Shown in pieces: positions 13,134 to 42,077 of a DNA stretch of 44,651 nt. Location: assembly GCA_002269645.1 (NCBI GenBank), contig NIVC01004479.1, positions 1 to 44,651 on the forward strand. The letters are read 5' to 3'. How positions within the stretch are numbered: the stretch's first letter is position 1; every line of letters starts with the position of its first letter. The notes under the pieces were generated by a model that did no database searches, had not been told where the DNA came from, and saw only the letters and a list, made by a program, of their open reading frames with translations. The translations under genes were made by a program, and so were the position numbers. The stretch comes from Macrostomum lignano (lineage: Eukaryota).

Positions 13134-16047
13134 GGAAACTATCTGTATATAACAGGGAAACAACTGCATATATCACGGAAAATATCTGCATATAACAGGT
13201 AAACTATCTGCCTATAACAGGGAAACTATCTGTATATAACAGGGAAACTATCTGCATATAACAGGGAAAATATCTGCATATAACAGGGAAAATATCTGCA
13301 TATAACAGGGAAAATATCTGCAAAAAACAGGGAAAATATCTGCATATAACAGGGAAAATATCTGCATATAACAGGGAAAATATCTGTATATAACAGGGAA
13401 ACTATCTGCATATAACAGGGAAAATATCTGCATATAACAGGGAAAATATCTGCATATAACAGGGAAAATATCTGCATATAACAGGGAAAATATCTGCAAA
13501 AAACAGGGAAAATATCTGCATATAACAGGGAAAATATTGATGGGTTTCGACCTTCCGGCCCCCTTGTGGGGAAGCCTTCGGGCCTCAGGCTCAGAAATAA
13601 ATCAATTAGAGTCCTGGCCCCCCACTCCTGTCAGATGGTCAGCCCCATGGTAGCTTGATCGTGTGGCGAGCAGTCTAGGTCCTATAGCTAAGAGAGGGAC
13701 AGCGAGAGACAAGCAGGGAGAATTTTGAAGGTAGAGATCAGCTAATCCGCAGATTAACTAACCTGCTGCCACCAGCCCGTGCGTCCTGGCTCACCAAACC
13801 GGGACTTTCGAAATCGGGCTTCCGACTAGAGGGGGCTTAGCACTTACATGTACCTGCCAACTAGTGTCTTTTTGCTGTCAATCTCGAATTCATAGCCGAT
13901 GATAAGGGACACTGCTGGGACTCGATCGCATTGGCCATGCAGGTACAGAGGGGACTTGTGCAGGGGGTTCTTGCAGTGGCGAGACTATGGGGTAGCTACA
14001 TACTATTACATTGCTAAATACGAGAAATGTACTTTTGGCCTTCAACGCGCCAACCAGCCTCTCCTAGCGCTGATGATAGACTAACTCGAACATCGGAGAC
14101 CGCATGATTCATTACCCGAGCCGCTTGGCGAACCTAGAGTGCACAGAGTACATCTCTAGCGCTGATTTTGCACTATTGGCAATTTCGCTAACTGATTTCA
14201 TAGATTGATCGACTGAGAACTGCCTTGCCATTGGTCCACTGTGACCGGCACCTACTAGCTTAGCTCCTCATCTGAGCCATCGGAGAGCAAAGAAATAAAA
14301 CCGATAAAAATAACTGTTAGATTTAACCTTCTCCTTAGTTCACTTCACACTTCAGACTGAATTGGAGTTTTAGACTACTAACAGTATTATTAAGTGATTT
14401 CTGCCTCAGTAACAGCACTACTGAACAAAATGAGCAAAAGTGTGCGCCTAATCCAGCTACTGAAACAGGGACAGATAAGGAATCACCCAATCAAGCAAGT
14501 CTAGGTAGCCTCTCACCCAACCAATCAGAAACTCAACAGCCGGAGACCAGGTAATCCACAGTGACCGAAGCGGCTTAGTGCTTCGCAGCTGTAGGCCCGG
14601 GATGATGCTGATGTCACAATCTTCGCAGATAGCTAGCAGGTGATGTTCTTAATCTTGATGTTCGCTGCTGACGACCGGGGGGATTCATCCTTGATGATGA
14701 TGGGGGGAGTCGCGATCCGGGGATCAAGAGACGACGGTCGCGAGTAGCAGCCGGGTGTCAGGTGACCGGCCAAGTTGAAGTCCGAGCGGGACAAAAGCGC
14801 CGGTTTTTATAGCCGCCAACTGGACTGCAATTTGTTATGATGGAACACCTCGATTCTGATTGGCTGAGCCGATTTGTTATAGCGCACGTCGAATTTTCTG
14901 ATTGGCTGAGCTTGTTTCCACCCAAAGTCACGTGACCAAGAGATCCTATCAGTTCCCTCGGGCCATAAAAATACGACAGGTGCGGTCATAAATCACTCAA
15001 AACCGCTAACTAATGATTTATGACCTTTCGCGTAGGAATGACAAAAATTAATGAAAAAATATACACTAGAAAGCTCTTATTAAGTAGAAAGTGAAGATAA
15101 TGAAGAGAAATCGCTAATCGCTAATCCCAAAGTACTTTTAGGGGTAAAACGCATAGCTGTCAAAGCTGTCACACGCTTGAGTGAACACGAACAATAAGCC
15201 CTGACCTCATAAATCTTGATGGCCTGGCAAAATGATGAGAAAAAAGCCATCATTCGCATCCCCTCAGACCATCTGGCGCCCGCCTCGACACTGAGTGAGG
15301 TGCAGGTGGCTGTCAGACCAGCTCAGACGCTATGATTTATGACCCAAAAGCAGCAAAAAACCGCGCCTATGTTATTATAACTACAAGTATGGCAGATTAA
15401 TATAGCTACAGAAGTCCTACTAGTATGAATTCTAGAAAAATTACAAGAGGGAGAAAAACGCCCATAGCCTGCTGTTAGTAGGCTAGCAAGTTTGGAACCC
15501 ATGTGCGAGCGTGAAATTTGGAAAAAAAAGTGCGTCCTCATCAATATCTGCATATAACAGGTAAACTATCTGTATATAACAGGTAAACTATCTGTATATA
15601 ACAGGTAAACTATCTGCATATAACAGGTAAACTATCTGCATATAGCAGGTAAACATCTGCATATAACAGGTAAACTATCTGCATATAACAGGTAAACTAT
15701 CTGTATATAACAGGTAAACTATCTGTATATAACAGGTAAACTATCTGTATATAACAGGTAAACTATCTGTATATAACAGGTAAACTATCTGTATATAACA
15801 GGTAAACTATCTGTATATAACAGGTAAACTATCTGTATATAACAGGTAAACTATCTGCATATAACAGGTAAACTATCTGTATATAACAGGTAAACTATCT
15901 GTATATAACAGGTAAACTATCTGTATATAACAGGTAAACTATCTGTATATAACAGGTAAACTATCTGTATATAACAGGTAAACTATCTGTATATAACAGG
16001 TAAACTATCTGCATACAACAGGTAAACTATCTGCATATAACGGGTAA
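13134..16047. repeat. 22-bp minisatellite AACAGG(G/T)AAA(A/C)TATCTG(C/T)ATAT, split into 13134-13537 and 15544-16047 by the solo LTR
   Basis: The same unit occurs on both sides of the insertion. Confidence 0.93.
13538..15543 (-). mobile_element. 2006-bp solo LTR (or non-autonomous LTR element) inserted in a 22-bp minisatellite
   Basis: Termini TGATG...CATCA, 4-bp target duplication ATAT (13534-13537 and 15544-15547), and the same 22-bp array resumes on both sides. No long ORF. Orientation is inferred from minus-strand CCAAT (14905-14901, 14863-14859) and TATAAAAA (14811-14804). Confidence 0.78.
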
Positions 16048-16629
16048 ATGCCTATAATCCACCGGTTTTCCCAACGTCTTCAGTCAAAGAGATTCTCTTA
16101 AGTGTTTACCATGTCTTTGCAGCACATAAATATGACACCAGGGACATCAATCAAATTCCGTTGCAGCATTAGCTGAATATTGACAGGTAGATTGAATGTA
16201 TTTGTCACATTGCGAATCCACTTGTTGAACACTTTATTCTCTGCCTATATTCACTTCAGACATTTGGGCCACTTGCATTTGTTTGAATCAGCTTCTTCAT
16301 TGACAGCAAGAGAGCTTTATTTAATTGCTACTCAAACGCAAAGCCATCGGGCTTGTTTGCCAAAAAATTAAGGAGCTGTTTTGGATGGGGTTGAATTAGG
16401 AGTTTGCTGAATTGCAATCAATAGTGCACTCACACATGCTTAACGGATAATATCAATGAATTGATTGCTTCTTACTTGGCAAAAGCATACTCGGTTTTTA
16501 GTTAAAATACAGTATGCTGAATTCCTGAAACCAAAAATGCAGAACCCAGAAAGAGAACTGAGTTATGACTTAGGGTTGCTCTCAGCATGGATCTCTCAGG
16601 GGGTCATCCCAGTCATCAGGGTCACGATC

Positions 16630-17580
16630 AGCTGGCGCCCCCTCTGTAGCTGGCGCCCCCTCTGTAGCTGGCGCCCCCTCTGTAGCTGGCGCCCCCTCTG
16701 TAGCTGGCGCCCCCTCTGTAGGTAACACCCCCTCTGTAGCTGGCGCCCCCTCTGTAGCTGGCGCCCCCTCTGTAGCTGGCGCCCCCTCTGTAGCTGGCGC
16801 CCCCTCTGTAGCTGGCGCCCCCTCTGTAGCTGGCGCCCCCTCTGTAGCTGGCGCCCCCTCTGTAGCTGGCGCCCCCTCTGTAGCTGGCGCCCCCTCTGTA
16901 GCTGGCGCCCCACTTTGTAGCTGGCGCCCCCTCTGTAGCTGGCGCCCCACTTTGTAGCTGGCGCCCCCTCTGTAGCTGGCGCCCCCTCTGTAGCTGGCGC
17001 CCCCTCCTGTAGCTGGCGCCCCCTCTGTAGCTGGCGCCCCCTCTGTAGGTGGCGCCCCCTCTGTAGCTGGCGCCCCCTCTGTAGCTGGCGCCCCCTCTGT
17101 AGCTGGCGCCCCACTTTGTAGCTGGCGCCCCTCTGTAGCTGGCGCCCCACTTTGTAGCTGGCGCCCCCCTCTGTAGCTGGCGCCCCCTCTGTAGCTGGCG
17201 CCCCCTCCTGTAGCTGGCGCCCCCCTCTGTAGCTGGCGCCCCCTCTGTAGGTGGCGCCCCCTCTGTAGCTGGCGCCCCCTCTGTAGCTGGCGCCCCCTCT
17301 GTAGCTGGCGCCCCACTTTGTAGCTGGCGCCCCCCTCTGTAGCTGGCGCCCCCTCTGTAGCTGGCGCCCCCTCCTGTAGCTGGCGCCCCCTCTGTAGCTG
17401 GCGCCCCCTCTGTAGGTGGCGCCCCTCCTGTAGCTGGCGCCCCCTCTGTAGCTGGCGCCCCCTCTGTAGGTGGCGCCCCCTCTGTAGCTGGCGCCCCCTC
17501 TGTAGCTGGCGCCCCCTCTGTAGCTGGCGCCCCCTCTGTAGCTGGCGCCCCCTCTGTAGCTGGCGCCCCCTCTGTAGCTG
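16630..17580. repeat. 18-bp GC-rich minisatellite CTGTAGCTGGCGCCCCCT
   Basis: Periodicity read directly. Confidence 0.97.
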
Positions 17581-18033
17581 AATGGCAGAAAATTTCTGTG
17601 GACCCCTTCAGAATTCTTAGACAACATCATCACAGCGTCAGTTCCAGAACTTCCAGTCCTCCGTTCGGATGGAGCAGAATAGCTAGTTGTAAAAAACTTA
17701 TCAAGCAGGGGTTTTATTTGTTTTAACGCTCCAGCCTTGAAAGAATGGCGTTCAATATTATTAATAATAAATCTAAACGTAGATCCATAAACGGCAAAAT
17801 TCAGATGCAGGATGTGTCTGCATCTGTGCAACCAGGCTATTGTCTTGAAGTGGCTGCAATCAGTGCCACTGGCTTCACAAGCGGGATCTTCTTCAGAAAT
17901 TCAGAAATGTTTTACCTCACGTTGGAGCAAAATGTATAGCCTCTAATTACCGGTATAACAAATTTCGTCAGGGAAGATTTCCAATATGAGATACCATGAG
18001 ACATTTGCAATCAGACTGAGATTCCCAGTGAGA

Positions 18034-18430
18034 GAGATTTCCAATATGAGAGATTTCTAATATGAGAGATTTCCAATATGAGAGATTTCCAATATGAGAG
18101 ATTTCCAATATGAGAGATTTCCAATATGAGAGATTTCCAATATGAGAGATTTCCAATATGAGAGATTTCCAATATGAGAGATTTCCAATATGAGAGATTT
18201 CCAATATGAGAGATTTCCAATATGAGAGATTTCCAATATGAGAGATTTCCAATATGAGAGATTTCCAATATGAGAGATTTCCAATATGAGAGATTTCCAA
18301 TATGAGAGATTTCCAATATGAGAGATTTCCAATATGAGAGATTTCCAATATGAGAGATTTCCAATGTGAGAGATTTTCAATATGAGAGATTTCCAATGTG
18401 AGAGATTTTCAATATGAGAGATTTCCAGCC
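18034..18430. repeat. 16-bp minisatellite GAGAGATTTCCAATAT upstream of the channel gene
   Basis: Periodicity read directly; degenerate flanks span about 17973-18480. Confidence 0.95.
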
Positions 18431-18650
18431 TGAGAGAGATTATCAACTTGAGAGAGCTTTCAGAGATTTCTTTGAGAGAGATCTAAGAGAGTTCCAACCC
18501 GAGGGATTTTAGCCAGTTAAAGCCCAATTAAACAGAGCGTGTTCAGATCCAATGAAATGATTTCTACCAATAGCATAACTTGGTTGTTACTTATAATTAA
18601 CTAATGACGAACTTCCTTGCTTTTCAAAATCCTGTAGCCACACAGCCGCC

Positions 18651-37817
<19,167 letters not shown>

Positions 37818-37929
37818 GCGCTGGGTGTGAATTAATAGCGTTGAACTCGTTGACTTAATTTATATAGGTCTTAGCTAATGCGCTTATAATTTAGATAAAC
37901 TATTGTCTATTAATCAATTGTTTCGATTA

Positions 37930-38170
37930 TATTTGTCTGAGCACATCTGCACACAATATATTTGTGTCTGAGTGTCTGAGTACATCTGCACACAATAAAT
38001 TTGTTTGAGTACATTTGCACACAATAAATTTGTTTGAGTACATCTGCACACAATAAATTTGTTTGAGTACATCTGCACACAATAAATTTGTTTGATTACA
38101 TCTGCACACAATAAATTTGTTTGAGTACATCTGCACACAATAAATTTGTTTGAGTACATCTGCACACATT
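37930..38170. repeat. 29-bp minisatellite CTGCACACAATAAATTTGTTTGAGTACAT just downstream of the channel stop codon
   Basis: AATAAA at 37994, 38023, 38052, 38081, 38110 and 38139. Confidence 0.93.
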
Positions 38171-38696
38171 TAATTTGTCTAATAAAGTTCAAATTCAGAC
38201 ACTGCATCTGAGAAAAGAAAATAATATTGCAGTGGAATGTACTCGAGTATTGAAGCGCCAAAGAAGATATTGAAGCGCCATAAATGGATGTTAAAGTGCC
38301 ATGGACGACAGGTAAAATTGAATAAAACCTGGCAAATTGAAATCAATCCAGTTAAATTAAAGTTGACAGGTTCACTGTCGCGTCGTGCCTATATATGCAC
38401 CGCAGCGTGACAGGATAACTTCAGAGTTGTCCACTATAAGAAGAAAAAAGGCCAGCGCTCATATTTTGTTTCATTATTTGCCTAATCCATTTAAATTCAA
38501 AGCGAAAATTGGGAAGAAAAGGCGTCACTGAAATTGAATTAAATTACCCGTCACTTTAGACTGCATGCAGGTTCGTTGAAATCTGTATAAATTCGCAACT
38601 CTTTACAGACCCACACAAAGCATCAAAGTTGTTCTTTTATCGAGGTCAAAAGGCAGAGGCTTTTATGCTACATCATTACAGGAACTAAGAATTGCA

Positions 38697-40658
38697 ATGG
38701 TGCATCTGCGAAGGTAAGATTTTGCGGAGTAGCCTGGATTTTTTATTGGTGGCAGAGACGCATCTTTGAGGCGCCAAACCTGCTGTGTAGGGAGCGCCAA
38801 ACTTGCTGTGTAGGGGGGCGCCAAACTTGCTGTGTAGGGAGCGCCAAACTTGCTGTGTAGGGAGTATCAAACCTGCTGTGTAGGGAGCGCCAAACTTGCT
38901 GTGTAGGGGGGCGCCAAACTTGCTGTGTAGGGGGGCGCCAAACTTGCTGTGTAGAGAGCGCCAAACTTGCTGTGTAGGGAGCGCCAAACCTGCTGTGTAG
39001 GGGGCGCCAAACTTGCTGTGTGGGGGGGGAGCGCCAAACTTGCTGTGTGGGGGGGGAGCGCCAAATCTGCTGTGTAGGGAGCGCCAAACCTGCTGTGTAG
39101 GGGGCGCCAAACTTGCTGTGTGGGGGGGGGAGCGCCAAACTTGCTGTGTGGAGGAGAGCGCCAAACCTGCTGTGTGGGGAGCGCCAAACTTGCTGTGTGG
39201 GGGGGGAGCGCCAAACTTGCTGTGTGGGGAGCGCCAAACCTGCTGTGTGGGGAGCGCCAAATCTGCTGTGTAGGGAGCGCCAAACTTGCTGTGTGGGGGG
39301 GAGCGCCAAACCTGCTGTGTAGCCAAACTTGCTGTGTAGGGGGGCGCCAAACACTTTATTATCATAACATATTATGAAACATTTTGCAGGACTCTACTCG
39401 ATATTAAAAAGCCGACTGTGCTGTTATTACTGAGCACGGTTTTGGTTGCTAACTTGAGCAGCTGTCAAGCCATGGAGATTTCTTCTAATTCTGGTTTCCC
39501 GTCGAGCCGAACAGATTTTCAACGCTGGCTGACTGGTAACCTAGAAGCGGCTGGGGATTCTGTTCGGGGATTTTAGTCATTGGAAACTGGGGGATTAGGG
39601 CGTTAGTAACTGGGGATTAGGGGATTAGTCACTAGGACTAGTGACTGGGGATTTGGGTATTAGGCACTAAGATTAGGGGATTAGAGACTGAGATTAGGGG
39701 ATTAGTCACTAAGATTAGGGATTGGTGACTGGGGATTAGGGGATTAGTCACTAGGATTAAGGGATTAGTGACTGGGGATTAGGGATTAATCACTAAGATT
39801 AGGGGATTAGTCACTAAGATTAGGGGATTAGTCACTAAGATTAGGGATTAGTGAACTGGGGATTAGGGGATTAGTAACTAAGACTAAGGGATTAGTGAAC
39901 TGGGGATTAGGGGATTAGTAACTAAGATTAAGGGATTAGTGACTGGGGATTAGGAGATTAGTCACTAAGATTAGGAGATTAGTGAACTGGGGATTAGGGG
40001 ATTAGTAACTAAGATTTGTGACTGGGGATTTTTGGATTAGTCACTAAGATTAGGGGATTAGAGACTGGGGATTAGGGGATTAGTCACTAAGATTAGGGGA
40101 TTAGTGACTGAGGATAAGAGGATTAGTCACTAAGATTAGGGGATTAGTCACTAAGATTAAGGGATTTGTGACTGGGGATTTTTGGATTTGTCACTAAGGT
40201 TAGGGGATTAGTGACTGGGGATTAGAGGATTAGTCACTAAGATTAGGGGATTGGTGTCTGTTATTAGAAGATTGAACAGAGATGGTTATTATAAACGAAG
40301 ACATCAGTTCCTGTAATTAATTATTGACGATATACTATTAGTACTTATTAATGTACAAACAGCTGAAGCGCCTGGATCACCGATGCCATGGAAAATGAAG
40401 CGACGCCATGAAAAGCTGCACCGCAGGACAGCACCAATGTCCAGCTCGACTTTAACAGCCCCATTGCAACCTCGTCTGCGCCTGCGCCTGTCGCATCTGG
40501 TGTACTTTCCATGCGCTTACGGAGGCCTGCCCTATCCCGTTGGCTGCGGCAAGTCCGGCCTGGGGCCGCGGGTGTTCGTGTCTAGGAAGCGGCGTCAGCT
40601 GGTGTGCGTGTGCCTGTGCCCCGCCAGCGCCGCTCTGCCTAATTGCAGCGTCGTTTAA
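38697..40658 (+). CDS. Small secreted Cys-rich precursor, family unrecognised. Coding exons 38697-38713, 39390-39535, 40363-40658; 152 aa
   Basis: Donor AG|GTAAGA, acceptor TTTTGCAG, donor G|GTAACC and acceptor ACAG join in phase (2, 1) into one ORF of 459 nt. It has a signal-peptide-like stretch KKPTVLLLLSTVLVANLSSCQA, basic sites KRR, RR and RKRR, and 6 Cys in the C-terminal third. Both introns hold minisatellites, like the introns of the neighbouring genes. Confidence 0.72.
38768..39352. repeat. About 23-bp minisatellite GCGCCAAACTTGCTGTGTAGGGA with a variable G-run (precursor gene intron 1)
   Basis: Periodicity read directly. Confidence 0.95.
39575..40255. repeat. GGGGATTAG / TCACTAAGATTAG composite repeat, telomere-like (precursor gene intron 2)
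   Basis: Recurrent TTAGGG(G) with inverted AGTCACTAA / TTAGTGACT sub-units. Confidence 0.9.
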
Positions 40659-42077
40659 ATTGACAACCAATTTGAAATAATTATAGCATTGCAGCGATTA
40701 TTAAAATTAAAGCGGTAAAATGTACGCACGTACAATGTACATGGCGAATATCTAAATATATATATGGACTTTGACCAAAACCGCGAGAATCAGAAGGCCA
40801 AACAACTACAGTACGACTATTAAAGTACGACCATTAAAATTTGAAGGACTTTTGATTGGAGCTTTAATCAAAACATCTTAAATCGTGCTAACTTTGCTAT
40901 TGCCTGCTATGAGTAGGGTATTAGTGAACTTATATAAAATAATTACAATTAGATTCAAAACTTTGGTAGTTATTAGTGGCTTTGCCTTCGACTAATTTAT
41001 AGTAATTCATACGCTTTTTAAAGCAATATAAATGTATCACCCTTCACGATTGGCCCCAGGGACATCTTTTGCGGAGTAAGCGTATAGTTGCATTACATTA
41101 TAACAAAACACACACGTTTTTCAAACGTACTGGCCGTGTCGTTAAATAAACATTAGTTGAAATGCGAAGTCCAGTTAGAAAATAAATATGGTTCAGTCTT
41201 TACTGCATAGAGTAGAGAGTAGATTTACGACGTTAGTTGCACTGTTGAATAACTACAGTTTTTAATTAAACCGAAAGCATTGTTTATTTAGGCACCATTT
41301 TCACAAGTAAGTAAATGAGAATTTTCATCAGCAGACTCGCTCGCATAGGAAATGAACTGCTATTTGTATGATTAACGAGTCTGTAACTGTCTAACTGTTA
41401 AAAATGAAACGCGGGTTAACAGGTGGTGCGAAATACAAATGCAAGTTGGGTAGGGTAGGGAAAAATAAACACTCGAGCTTCGAGCGCTAAAAAGTGTCAC
41501 TCATAAGTAGAGATTCTGCATTTTCTGACCTGCTGAATAGACCCAACAACCAGACACAGATAACAAATATTTGGTTTTCTCAAAATTGTGTGGCGATAAA
41601 AACTAATTACTAATGTACTTTTTAATGTGCGCACTTAATCTATTATTGTATTTATTTTATTTGGCCGCCGCGGCCCAGGCCTCCGGTAAAGGAAGAAACG
41701 TTTTGGGGTGGAGAGGGGGCTTCTCGGTATGTACATGCCTCACTGTACATTGAATTGGGAGTGGGGGGAATCGGGGTTGGTTGGGTAAAAGAGAGAGGAA
41801 CGAGGGGGATAGAGTTAGGTAAGACTTTTAGCTCGCAAACCCTAAACTAACCCTTATATATATCAGCACATGGACCCATTCCAGACAGATTCTGTCAATG
41901 TTTTGCATCAGTCTATCTAACCAGCAAACTTGTTAACTAAATAAATCCTGCTTAAGGTTATATACACTGAATATCGTGAAAGCTCTTGCACGTTTTCTAT
42001 TGCAACCAAGCATCAAACAACGAATTACACTAGCTAATATATTAATTACCAAACGGTGAAACAAGCAGCAACAAAGC

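Noticed and set aside
11665-13191. 508-, 484- and 224-aa minus-strand ORFs
   Set aside because: They are translations of the 20-bp minisatellite; the same applies to the ORFs at 9192-10978, 13226-13499, 17968-18446, 37914-38261 and 38685-39377.
16582-17831. GAPATE / YRGGAS repeat proteins
   Set aside because: The 18-bp unit is a multiple of 3 and stop-free; there is no splice or start context, and indels switch frames repeatedly.
18034-18430. NFAT/NF-kB-like TGGAAATCTC sites in the 16-bp array near the channel start
   Set aside because: Short partial motif expected by chance; it does not match the full kB consensus.
39575-40255. True telomere or chromosome-fusion scar
   Set aside because: No pure (TTAGGG)n run and no head-to-head inversion; genes continue normally on both sides.
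40360-40510. Minus-strand frame MESTPD...LLKSSWTLVL (globin-like at first glance)
   Set aside because: Only 54 aa, with no downstream exon or conserved His/Phe; the + strand has a splice-supported model.
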